From an uncultured Actinomycetes bacterium (lineage in GTDB: Bacteria; Actinomycetota; Thermoleophilia; Gaiellales; Gaiellaceae), in NCBI GenBank assembly GCA_963722755.1, contig CAVROJ010000006.1:102255-166254 (forward strand): a stretch of DNA of 64,000 nt, written 5' to 3'. Position 1 is the first letter of the stretch. Every line of letters begins with the position of its first letter. Shown here in pieces: positions 20,696-30,436 of this stretch. The notes under the pieces were generated by a model that saw only the letters and a program-made list of their open reading frames with translations, was not told the DNA's origin and ran no database searches. The position numbers and the translations under genes were made by a program.

Positions 20696-20953
20696 ATGGC
20701 CCTCAAGGACCTCTTCTCGTTCCTGTTCCAGCGCTCGACCGGCGAGGAGCGGGTCGCGCAGTACGTGATCCGCGAGCACGACCGGGGCCGGCCGCTCGCC
20801 GAGATCCTCGAGGACCGCTACGTCGTCAACCGCCTGCAGAGCCCGCAGCAGCGCGCCCGCCTGCTCGACCGCCCGGAGATCATCCAGGCCGTCGGCGGGG
20901 ACATGGCCGAAGCGGCGAAGGCCGCCGTCACGGGCTCCACCCCGGCCTCCTGA
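20696..20953 (+). CDS. Hypothetical protein, 85 aa
   Basis: Clean ORF with host-like codon usage; TAGGAT 7 nt before the ATG. Confidence 0.7.
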   Translation: MALKDLFSFLFQRSTGEERVAQYVIREHDRGRPLAEILEDRYVVNRLQSPQQRARLLDRPEIIQAVGGDMAEAAKAAVTGSTPAS

Positions 20954-20971
20954 CCGCCCGCTGACCGCCGC

Positions 20972-21080
20972 CGGTGCGCTCGAGCACGTCGAGCGCGACC
21001 CCGACGTCGTCCTCCGCGACCGACTCGCGGGGAAGTGGCTGATGCCTCCCTCGCAACGCACGAACAGCATCGCCGCGGGG
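20972..21080 (-). pseudogene. C-terminal remnant of an M20 allantoate amidohydrolase-like gene
   Basis: AAMLFVRCEGGISHFP-(indel)-ESVAEDDVGVALDVLE aligns with the C-terminus of 25092..26132 (SAMLFVRALNGGASHSPDELSSPEDVSVAIDVL). There is no room for the rest of the gene. Confidence 0.65.
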
Positions 21081-21151
21081 CAGGTGCGAGGAGCTCGGCT
21101 GCCGCCCCGGTCACAGCCGGACGTTGGAGCACCGCGATAACGTCACCCGTC

Positions 21152-22511
21152 ATGGCGACGCTCTACGCGAACGGCTGGATCGTCACGATGGACGACGCCG
21201 GGACAGAGCTTCCGCAGGGATGGCTGCTCGTCGACGGGGACGTGATCATCGCGGTCGGCGAAGGGGCCGAGCCGGACGAGGACGAGGCCGGCGGGCACCG
21301 CGACGCCCAGCCGGTCGACCTCGGCGGCGCGGTCGTCACCCCGGGGCTGATCAACACGCACCACCACCTCTTCCAGACCCTGACGCGCGCCCGCGCGCAG
21401 CAGGCCGACCTCTTCACGTGGCTTCGCGAGCTCTATCCCGCTCTGGGCGGGGATCGACGCCGAGGCCGAGTACGCCGCCGCGCGCACCGGGCTGGCCGAG
21501 CTGGCCCTCTCGGGGTGCTCGACGGTCTTCGACCACCACTACGTCTTCCCACGCGGCCGGGAGGGGATCATCGAGGCCGAGATCCAGGCCGCCCGGGAGC
21601 TCGGCCTGCGCCTCGTCGCCTCGCGGGGGTCGATGGACCTCGGCGTCTCGGACGGCGGGCTCCCGCCCGACGAGCTCGTCGAGGAGATCGACGCCGTCCT
21701 CGCCGAGACCGAGCGGCTCCACGCGGCGTTCCACGAGGCGGGCTCCGGCGCGCGCGTCCAGATCGTGGTCGCGCCGTGCTCGCCCTTCTCCGTCACCGGG
21801 CGACTGATGGAGGAGTCCGCCGCGCTCGCGCGCCGTCTCGGGCTCGCTCTCCACACGCACCTGGCCGAGACCGTCGAGGAGGAGGCGTACTGCCGCGAGC
21901 TCTACGGCTGCACGCCCGTCGAGTACCTGGACAGCCTCGGATGGCTGGACGGCGACGTGTGGTGCGCTCACTGTGTCCACCTCTCCGAGGGCGAGGTGGC
22001 CCGGTTCGCCGAGACGGGAACCGGTGTCGCGCACTGCCCGACCTCGAATCTCAGGCTCGGTGCAGGCGTGGCGCCCGTTCGGCAGCTCGTGGACGCGGGC
22101 GTGCGCGTCGGGCTCGGGGTCGACGGCTCGGCCTCGAACGAGCGCAGCGACCTCTTCGCCGAGGTGAAGCAGGCGCTCCTCGTCGCGCGCGGACGCGGAG
22201 GCGGAGAGGCGATGACCGCGCGGGAGGCGCTGCGGCTCGCGACGCGCGGCGGCGCGGCGGTGCTGGGACGGGACGACATCGGCTCGCTCGAGCCGGGCAA
22301 GCAGGCCGACCTCGCGGTCTGGCGGACGGACGGCCTGGAGCTCGGAGGCGCGGAGGACCTCGTCGCCGGGCTCGTCCTCTCCGGCCCGCACCGGGTCGAC
22401 CGGCTCGTGGTCGGCGGCGAGGACGTGGTGCGCGGCGGCGCGCTCATCCGCGCCGACGAGGGCGAGATCGCCGCGCGCCCACCGGGTCAGGCGCGAAGAT
22501 TCCGGTCGTGA
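21152..22511 (+). CDS. 8-oxoguanine deaminase-like amidohydrolase (indels)
   Basis: PGLINTHHHLFQTLTR, PCSPFSVT, HTHLAET, HCPTSN, GLGVDGSASN. Confidence 0.88.
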
Positions 22512-22812
22512 GCTGCTCGCTCTCCACCCACGTGCTCGACACGGCCGCCGGCCGGCCCGCCGCTGGCGTCACCGTCGAGCTCTTCGTCATCGGGCGACGG
22601 TTCCAGCGGTGTGGCCTCCGGCGTCACCGACGGCGACGGCCGCATCGCCGCCCTCGCCGACGATCTGGCCGCGGGGCACGTACAGCTCGTCTTCCATCCG
22701 CCCTCGCCGTTCTTCACCCGGGTCGAGCTGCAGCTCGCGCTCGACGGAGGGCCACTATCACGTCCCGCTTCTCGTCTCCCCCTACGGATGCGCGACCTAC
22801 CGAGGCAGTTGA
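22508..22812 (+). CDS. uraH: 5-hydroxyisourate hydrolase (transthyretin-like; indels)
   Basis: LSTHVLDTAAGRPA...HYHVPLLVSPYGCATYRGS*; YRGS is the signature C-terminus. Confidence 0.92.
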
Positions 22813-22854
22813 TCTCGCTAGTCGTGCCTTTTCGAAGTCGGTGCGCGACGCAGC

Positions 22855-22954
22855 GCGGCCGGAGGCCGCCTTCGGCGGCCGGGAGGCCAAGCCCCGCGTG
22901 ACGAGCCGCAACCCAGAGGAGGGGGCTCGTGGGGGAACCAGGGGTTCCCCCACG
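22855..22954. repeat. Composite palindromic repeat (motif B plus motif A), copy 1
   Basis: GCGGCCGGAGGCCGCCTTCGGCGGCCGGGAGGCC at 22855-22888; CGTGGGGGAACC-AGG-GGTTCCCCCACG at 22928-22954. Confidence 0.75.
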
Positions 22955-23392
22955 CGGGAGCTACCGCGGGAGCTGACGGTCGAGGAGCTCGAGGAGCTCT
23001 TCGAGGGCCGCACGCGGTTCGTGGAGAGGCTCGCGGCCGAGCCGGATCCTCTCCGCCGCGCGCGCGCCCTCGTCCACGAGCTCCCGGAGGACGAGAAGCG
23101 GGAGGTCCTCGACGCCCACCCTGCCATCGGCCAGCGCGACCGGGCTCTCCGCCCGCTCCGCGTCGGAGCAGGGGCCGGACGACACCCCGGCCGTCCTCGA
23201 GCAGCTCGCCCGCCTCAACGCGGCCTACGAGGAGCGGCACGGCTTCCGCTTCGTCGTGTTCGTGAACCGCCGGCCGAAGACCGAGATCCTCGAGGTGCTG
23301 CGGTCACGCATCGACAACCCGACCGAGCAGGAGCTCGAGACCGCGCTCGGAGAGCTCGTGACATCGCGATGGACCGCTGGGAGCGCGGGTGA
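22898..23392 (+). CDS. uraD: OHCU decarboxylase (indels; repeat-derived N-terminus)
   Basis: VLDAHPAIG, SASEQG, LNAAYEERHGFRFVVFV, ELETALGEL. Confidence 0.85.
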   Translation: MTSRNPEEGARGGTRGSPTRELPRELTVEELEELFEGRTRFVERLAAEPDPLRRARALVHELPEDEKREVLDAHPAIGQRDRALRPLRVGAGAGRHPGRPRAARPPQRGLRGAARLPLRRVREPPAEDRDPRGAAVTHRQPDRAGARDRARRARDIAMDRWERG

Positions 23393-23456
23393 GGTCGAGC
23401 GAGTCGAGGAGCGACCCGCCTCACCCGTGGTCGACCGTGGATCGCTGGGGGCGCGG

Positions 23457-24652
23457 ATGACCTCCACGCTGCCTCTGGCGCTCTCCGACGCGCTGTCGGA
23501 CTGGCTCGATCTCGGCCTGCGCTGGCTGCACGTCATCGCGGCGATGGCCTGGATCGGGACGTCGTTCTACTTCGTGCTGCTCGACCAGTCGCTCCGACCG
23601 CCGAGGGATGCGGCAGATGCCGAGGCCGGTGTCGGCGGCGAGCTCTGGGAGGTGCACGGCGGCGGCTTCTACCAGGTGCAGAAGTACGTCGTCGCCCCGC
23701 GCGTGCTCCCCGAGCACGTCGCCTGGTTCAAGTGGGAGGCGTACACGACGTGGCTCTCCGGCTTCGGGCTGATGCTCGTCCTCTACTACCTCGAGGCGTC
23801 GAGCGCGCTCGTGAAGCCGGGGACGACCTGCGAGCCGTGGCTCGCGGTCACGATCTCGATCGCTCTGCTCGCCGCCGCGTGGGTCGTCTACGACCTCCTC
23901 AACCGTTTCGTCACCGACGGCCGTGTCCTCTGGACCGGCGCTGTTCGTGCTCGTCGCGCTGTCGGCCTGGGGCTCGGCGGAGCTCTTCAGTCCCCGGGCG
24001 GCGTGGCTTCAGGTGGGGGCGATGATCGGAACCGTGATGGCGGCGAACGTCCTCTTCGACATCATCCCCGCCCACTGGGAGCTGATTCGCGCGAAGGAGG
24101 CGGGCCGCGAGCCCGACCCGCGGCCCGGGATCCAGGCGAAGCAGCGCTCGGTGCACAACAACTACCTCACGCTGCCCGTGATCCTCACGATGCTCGCCGG
24201 GCACTTCCCGTTCGCCTACGGCGCCGACCACGCCTGGCTCGTGCTCGTCGTCCTGATGGCCATCGGCGCCTGGGCCCGGCTGTTCTACAACCTTCGCCAC
24301 GCGGGCCGCACGCATTGGTGGATGCCGGTCGGCGGGCGCTGCCGCGTTCGTGGCTCTCGCCGTGCTGGTCGAACAGGGGGACGAGACGGTCGCCGCGCCG
24401 TCCGGGCCCGCCGCGGTCGCTCAGGGGGAGCGGGTATTCGCGTCCGCGGGCTGCGGTGCCTGTCACACGCTCGCCGACGCGGGAGCGACCGGGACGGTCG
24501 GGCCCTCGCTCGATTCCGCGAAGCCGTCGGCATCGCTCGTCGCCGACCGCGTGCGGAACGGACAGGGCGCGATGCCGTCCTTCGCCGGGAAGCTGAACGA
24601 CGTCGAGATCGACGCCGTGGCCGCGTACGTCTCCGGCGCCGCGGCCGGATAG
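23457..24652 (+). CDS. puuD: Membrane urate hydroxylase with C-terminal cytochrome c (indels)
   Basis: RWLHVIAAMAWIGTSFYF, WEVHGGGFY, WFKWEAYTTWLSG, KQRSVHNNYLTLP; haem motif CGACH. Confidence 0.88.
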
Positions 24653-24665
24653 GATCCGCTCCCGC

Positions 24666-25073
24666 ATGCTCCGGATCACCGCAGGGGGGTTCGAGCTCGC
24701 GGCTCGCCTCGAGGAGGCGGACGCGCCCGACACCGTCGCCGCCTTCCGGCGCCTGCTCCCGCTCGAGTCGAAGATCATCCACGTCCGCTGGTCGGGGGAG
24801 GCGGGCTGGATCCCGTTCGGCGACCTGGATCTCGGGCTCGGCCCGGAGAACGCGACGTGCTATCCCCACCCGGGCGAGATCGTCCTCTACCCGGGGGGTG
24901 TCTCCGAGACCGAGCTCTTGCTCGCCTACGGGTACGTCAACTTCGCATCGAAGGCGGGCCAGCTGGCCGGGAACCATTTCGCCACGGTCGTCGAGGGCAA
25001 CGAGCACCTCCGCTCGCTCGGAGTGAAGTTCCTCTGGGAGGGCGCACAGGAGATCGTCTTCCGCGAGACGTGA
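24666..25073 (+). CDS. DUF3830-family protein
   Basis: IIHVRWSGE, ENATCYPHPGEIVLYPGGVSETELLLAYG, FASKAGQLAGNHF. Confidence 0.85.
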   Translation: MLRITAGGFELAARLEEADAPDTVAAFRRLLPLESKIIHVRWSGEAGWIPFGDLDLGLGPENATCYPHPGEIVLYPGGVSETELLLAYGYVNFASKAGQLAGNHFATVVEGNEHLRSLGVKFLWEGAQEIVFRET

Positions 25074-25091
25074 CCCGAGGGCGCCCGCGGG

Positions 25092-26132
25092 TCAGCGCGA
25101 CGCGAGCCGGCCCAGCGCGTCGGTCAGGACGTCGATCGCGACCGAGACATCCTCCGGCGAGGACAGCTCGTCGGGCGAGTGGCTCGCGCCGCCGTTCAGC
25201 GCGCGCACGAACAGCATCGCCGACGGCACGCCGGCGCGCGCGAGGACGCCGGCGTCGTGCCCGGCCCCCGAGGCGAGCTCGATCACGGGCAGCCCCCGCT
25301 CGGCGATCGCGGCCCGCAGCGCGTCCGCGGGCGCCCCTCCGAGCGGCGTCGGCGGCGTTGCCCCGGCCGGGTCGATCCCGAGCGCGTCGAGCAGTAGCGC
25401 GAGCCGCTCGTCGTCCGGCGCGCGCGCGTCGATCGTGAGCAGCACGCGGCCCGGGATCACGTTGACGCCGCCGGGCTCGACCTCGAGGCGGCCCACCGTG
25501 GCGACGGCGCCGTCGATCTCGCGGGCCACGTCCCGGATCCGCAGCACCTCCTCGGCCGCGGCGACGAGGGCGTCGTCGCGCGCGTCCATGGGCGTCGTCC
25601 CGGCGTGCCCCGCGCGTCCCTCGATCACGCGCTCGGCGCGCTCGTAGCCGACGATCGCCGTGACGACTGCGAGCGGCGCGCCTTCGAGCGCGAGGCGCGG
25701 TCCCTGCTCGTGGTGGAGCTCGACCCAGGCGCCGGGTAGTTCCCCGCGGGCGACGCGCGCGTGCGAGCCGACGCAGCCCCGCTCCTCCTCGCGGAACGCG
25801 ACGACCGCCAGCGTCCGTCGCCGTCGCCCGAGCCGCTCGACCGCCTCGAGCGCCCCGAGCACGCCGAGCGGACCGTCGAAGCGGCCCCCCTGCGGCACGG
25901 AGTCGAGGTGCGAGCCCGACCACACCTCGGGCAGCCCGGGCTCCAGGCCGGGCAGGCGTCCCACGAGGTTTCCGTCGGGGTCGACCTCGACCTCGAGGCC
26001 AGCCTCGCGCATCCAGCCGCCGGCGAGCCGATGTGCCTCGTCCTCGCCGGGGGAGTAACCGGGACGGTTCGCGCCCGGCCCTCCTCCGATCGCGTAGATC
26101 GCGTCGAGCCGCAGCTCGAGCCCAGAGGCCAT
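25092..26132 (-). CDS. M20 Zn-dependent hydrolase (allantoate amidohydrolase/N-carbamoylase type)
   Basis: GSHLDSVPQGGRFDG, EEE, ELHHEQGP, GHAGT, SGAGHDA, SHSPDE. Confidence 0.88.
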   Translation of the reverse strand: MASGLELRLDAIYAIGGGPGANRPGYSPGEDEAHRLAGGWMREAGLEVEVDPDGNLVGRLPGLEPGLPEVWSGSHLDSVPQGGRFDGPLGVLGALEAVERLGRRRRTLAVVAFREEERGCVGSHARVARGELPGAWVELHHEQGPRLALEGAPLAVVTAIVGYERAERVIEGRAGHAGTTPMDARDDALVAAAEEVLRIRDVAREIDGAVATVGRLEVEPGGVNVIPGRVLLTIDARAPDDERLALLLDALGIDPAGATPPTPLGGAPADALRAAIAERGLPVIELASGAGHDAGVLARAGVPSAMLFVRALNGGASHSPDELSSPEDVSVAIDVLTDALGRLASR

Positions 26133-27068
26133 CAGCCGGCCACGGTGGTGCCGACCCCGCGCTCGCGCGCTCGCCGGACGATCTCGTGCCCGATCGCGAG
26201 GTCCCAGGGCGCGATGCCGTTCGACTTGAAGACCACGACGTCGGAGTCCGATTGACGCCCTGGCAGCTCGCCCGAGACGATCTGATGCAGTTCCTGCACC
26301 TCGAGCCAGTCGAGCTGCCCCGCCGCCACGGGCTCGATGAGGTCACCGGACTCGAGCTTCGCGTCCTCGAGCGAGTCGCAGCAGACGAGCGTCGCCCTCG
26401 CGATCACCTGCGCGTCGAGCTCGCGCCTGCGCGGGTCGTTGGCGCCGATCGCGCAGACGAGCGCCCCCTCCTGCAGCCAGTCGCCTCTGAGGACGGGGTC
26501 CTTCGATGTCGTGGCCGTGACGACGACGTCGCACGCTCCCGCGTCGGCGGGGGTCTCGGCGACTTCGGCGCCGTGCCGCTCGGCGAACGCCGCCGCATGC
26601 TCCGCCCTGCGGCTCGAGACGACGACACGCCCGATCGACGGCACCGCCGCCCGGATCGCTGCGAGCTGGGACTCCGCCTGCCAGCCGGCACCGATCAGGC
26701 CGAGGCTGGCCGCACCGGGTCTGGCGAGGTGCTTCGCCGCGACGCCGCTCGCCGCCCCCGTTCGCGCCTGGCCGAGGCGGTCGGCGGCGATCATCGCCGT
26801 CAACGAGCCGTCGGCGAGGTCGAACAGGCAGACCACGAACTGCACTTCGTCCCTCTACCGCGAGGTAGCTCTTGAGCCCGGCCGTCCCGAGCCCCCGGTC
26901 GGCGGCCGCCATCACTGCGAAGGCCCCGCCGTCGACGGCGAACCGCCTCCGGGGCATGAGCTCCACCTGACCTGCGGCCATCCGTCGGAAGGACTCCTCG
27001 ATCACCGGCACCGCCTCGCCCGGCGTGATCAGCGAGCCGACGTCCTCCTCGGAGAGCCAGAGCGGCAC
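26132..27068 (-). CDS. Ornithine cyclodeaminase/mu-crystallin family (indel)
   Basis: RTGAASGVA, GAGWQA, FKSNGIAPWD. Confidence 0.87.
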
Positions 27069-27078
27069 GGGACCGATG

Positions 27079-28189
27079 CTAGAGCCCGCCGCGAGGCAGG
27101 GTGAAGCGGAACGCGCTCCCGCCGCCTTCGGCGGGCTCGACCCAGATGTGCCCGCCGTGGGCCTCGACGACCCGTCGGCAGACGGCGAGACCGATCCCGC
27201 TGCCTTCGACGTCTCTCCTCACGCGGGAGAACATCCCGAAGATGCTGCTCGAGTGCTCGCGGTCGACACCGATCCCGTTGTCGCGCACGGTGATCGCCCA
27301 TTCGCGGCCTCGTTCGGCTGCCGTGACCTCGATCCGCGGCGGCTCCGTCCCCCGGAACTTCAGCGCGTTGCCGACGAGGTTCTGGAAGACGCGCCGCAAC
27401 TGGCGCGGGTCGCCGTCCACCTCCGGTAGCTCGCCGACCACGAGAGTCGCATCCGCCTCTTCGAACGCCCGCCGCAGGTCGGCCTCGACCTCGGCCATCA
27501 CGTCCTGCAGCGCGACGTGCTCTCGCGCCAGCTCGCCCGAGCGCGCGTACGCGAGCACGCCCTCGATCAGCTCCCGCCCTCGAGCCGTGCTGGCCCGGAG
27601 CTCGTGCAGAACCTCGGCCGCCGGCGGCTCCTCGGGGCGCTGCTCCAGCACCGTCACGAGCACCGAGATCCCGGCGAGGGGCTCGCTGAGGTCGTGCGCG
27701 ACGACGTTCGCGTACGCCTTCAGCTCGGCCTCCATCCGCCGCTCCTCGCTCACGTCGTGGAGGAAGACGACCACGCCGTCGCCGAGCTTCGCGGTGCGGT
27801 GGAGGAACGTGCCGAGCATGTAGCCGTCGCCGAACGGCGTGTCGTACGTCACCTCGTTGACGAACGGGCGACCCGTGTCGCACACCTCGGACGTAGGCGC
27901 CGAACGCCTTGCTGCCCCGCATCGCGGGCAGCGCCTCGAGGAGCGTGTAGCGATACGGGGTCTCCGCGGGGATCCGGAAGCCGCGCAGCATCGCGGGGTT
28001 GCCGTACCCGAACGTGAAGTCGACGATCCTGCCCGCGGGGTCGCGTACGGCCCACAGGACGCCGACGGCCTCGGGGAACCCGTCGAGCAGCCCGCGAAAG
28101 CCCGCGGCGCCGCGCTCGCCGAGCACCTCGACGAGCTTCGCGTCCTCGCCCCAGGGCTCCGGCTCGAAGTCGTGGGGCGGCGCGTCCAC
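27079..28189 (-). CDS. Cytoplasmic PAS-like sensor histidine kinase (indel)
   Basis: AHDLSEPL H-box, NLVGNALKF, DNGIG, GSGIGLA. Confidence 0.88.
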
Positions 28190-28287
28190 GCGCGCAGGAT
28201 ACGACCGCCCCCGCAGCGACGTGCCCTTGAGCCCATGCTCGGCTCCGGCGCCGGACGAGTGCTCGGCCGAGCGATGCGCGGCCCGTG

Positions 28288-28410
28288 GCGGCCGGAGGCC
28301 GGCTCAGCCGGCCGGGGGGCCAGGGCACGAGAGACCCGTGCACGACGCAGGAAGGAGGGGGTCGGCGGGGGAACCATGGGTTCCCCCGCCCTCAACCATG
28401 GGTTCCCCCG
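28288..28410. repeat. Composite palindromic repeat (motif B plus 1.5 copies of motif A), copy 2, at the tRNA 3' end
   Basis: GCGGCCGGAGGCCGGCTCAGCCGGCCGGGGGGC at 28288-28320; GGCGGGGGAACC-ATG-GGTTCCCCCGCC at 28364-28390; partial AACCATGGGTTCCCCCG to 28410. Confidence 0.75.
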
Positions 28411-28412
28411 TA

Positions 28413-28485
28413 TGCGCCCGGCACGATTCGAACGTGCGACCTCTGCCTCCGCAGGGCAGCGCTCTATCCCCTGAGCTACGGGCGC
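28413..28485 (-). tRNA. tRNA-Arg, anticodon GCG (CCA not encoded)
   Basis: GCGCCCG-TA-GCTC-AGGGGATA-GAGC-G-CTGCC-CTGCGGA-GGCAG-AGGTC-GCACG-TTCGAAT-CGTGC-CGGGCGC-A, a complete 73-nt cloverleaf. Confidence 0.95.
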
Positions 28486-29340
28486 GGGGAACCGGTGAGT
28501 GTAGCGGGATCGCCTGAATCGCCCAGCTGGCGGGCGACGCGGCCGTCCACCATGAGGTCGGCCTCGGGGGGCACCTCGCGGCGGACGTAGGCGAGCGCGA
28601 CGACCCCGTGCTCCGGGTCCGGCGCCGCGCTCGTCACCCGGCCGACGACCTTGCCGTCGAGCGTCAGCTCCGCGTCGTAGGCGGGGAGCCCGTCACCGGA
28701 GAGCGCCAGCACGCGAAGGCCGCGGTTCGGGTGGCCGCGATGGTGCAGGCGCGCGACCGGCTCCTGGCCGGGGTAGCAGCCCTTCGTGAAGCTGATCGCG
28801 CGCTCCTCGAGCCCCGCCTCCGCCGGCATCACGCGGTCGTCGAGCTCGCGGCCGAGGCGCGGCGTGCGGGCGAGGATCCGGAGCCGCTCGAGCTCGTCGT
28901 CGGAGATCGGCTCGGCGCCCTCCGGCGGATCGGCGTCGAGCAGCTCGACCGCCTGTACGCCGTAGTCGCGGTTCGGAAATGCGAGCTTGTGTTGATTCAC
29001 CACGTGCTCGTCTGCGCCGAGGACGACGCAACGAGCGGTGCTCCTCGGCCTCGATCGAGCACTTCGCCGCGAAGCGCGCGCGGAGGAGCTCCCGCGCGAG
29101 GCGCTCGCCCGCCCCCGGCTCGGTGAGCAGCAGGAAGTCGTCCTCGCCGCGGCGCCAGACGACGAGCGGGGCGATGATCCGCGCCTTCGGCGTCAGGAGG
29201 AGCGCCTCGCACGAGCCGCCCACGGGGAGGCTCTCGACCTCGTTCGACACCATCCGGTTCAGGTACGCGGCGGCGTCCGGGCCGTTCACGGAGACGTAGG
29301 CGCGAGGCCGGGAGGCAGCGTGTAACGTCGCGACGGCCAT
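28476..29340 (-). CDS. ygfZ: YgfZ/GcvT-family folate-binding protein (indel)
   Basis: [35 protein letters not shown]. Confidence 0.88.
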
Positions 29341-29359
29341 CGAGACGAGGGTAGCCGAG

Positions 29360-29973
29360 GTGTTCAGGAGCAAGGCGGAGCGGAAGGTGCAGGAGGCGGG
29401 CTACGACCCCGCCCGGCTCCCACCCGGCCAGTACCTGACCGAGAAATGGCCGGTGCTGCACGCCGGCGACGTCCCGTCCTACCCGGCCGACCTGGCGGGG
29501 TGGGACTTCCGCGTGCACGGCGAGGTCGAGACGCCGATCACGCTCACCTGGGCCGAGCTCGACGCGCTGCCGAGGACGACGGTCACGCAGGACATCCACT
29601 GCGTCACCCGCTGGAGCCGCTTCGACGCCACGTTCTCCGGCGTCCCGTGGTCGGCGATCCGCGAGCTCGTCGGCCCGCTCCCGAGCGCCCACTACGCGAT
29701 CGCGCACGCCGAGGCCGGCTTCACGGCGAACGTGCCCGCCGTCGTTCCTCGAGGCGGAGGGCGCGCTGCTCGCGACCCATGCCGACGGCGAGCCACTCGA
29801 CCCCCGAGCACGGCTGGCCGCTCCGGCTCGTGATCCCGGGGAAGTACTTCTGGAAGAGCGCCAAGTGGCTCCGCGCGATCGAGCTCCGCGCGACCGACGC
29901 CCCGGGCTTCTGGGAGCGCTACGGCTACCACAACGACGCCGATCCCTGGAAGGAACAGCGCTACGCGTTCTGA
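29360..29973 (+). CDS. Sulfite oxidase-like molybdopterin oxidoreductase (indels)
   Basis: [42 protein letters not shown]. Confidence 0.9.
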
Positions 29974-30079
29974 GCCGGGACATCGCCCTGCGAGCTTCCG
30001 GCTAATCCCTCGAACGAGGGAGCAGGGCGTCCGCGTGTAGGCGCCGATGCACATAGCACCCACCCTCCCCAGCATCACC

Positions 30080-30118
30080 GAGGCGGCCGCTCCCCCAAGC
30101 GGCCGTCTCGCTTTTCTC
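30080..30118 (+). terminator. Probable intrinsic terminator
   Basis: GAGGCGGCCGCT-CCCCCA-AGCGGCCGTCTC followed by GCTTTTCT. Confidence 0.65.
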
Positions 30119-30436
30119 GTTCGCGAGCGGGAATCCACCGAGTGGATTCCCGCCGCTCGGATCCCCGCCTGCGGCGGGGCACATCCCTGAAGGCGTCGGC
30201 TTCGCCGCCGCAACTGCCGCGAAGCTCGATCTGCACATCGGTCCAGTTCGCGAGCTCTGTTCGCGAGCGGGAATCCACCGAGCGGATTCCCGCCGCTCGG
30301 ATCCCCGCCTACGGCGGGCAGACCCCTGAAGGCGTCGGCTTCGCCGCCGCAACTGCCGCGAAGCCTCGATCTGCAACCAGCGTCGCGATGTTCGCCGACC
30401 GCTGGCGGATCCCCGCCTGCGGCGGGGCACAGCCCT
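30119..30436. repeat. Tandem repeat, 140-bp period, multi-hairpin (2 copies plus a partial third)
   Basis: 30119-30235 is nearly identical to 30259-30375; CGGATCCCCGCCTGCGGCGGGGCAC recurs at 30406-30430. Confidence 0.88.

Noticed and set aside
20954-21151. Purine/xanthine riboswitch upstream of the 8-oxoguanine deaminase
   Set aside because: No recognisable aptamer consensus; the region is better explained as an antisense gene remnant, and the deaminase looks leaderless.
27079-28485. Genomic island integrated at tRNA-Arg
   Set aside because: No integrase, no duplicated tRNA 3' end seen in the window, and no compositional shift.
30119-30436. CRISPR array
   Set aside because: Only three core copies, 108-140 bp apart, with largely duplicated intervening DNA and no cas genes; kept as a repeat.
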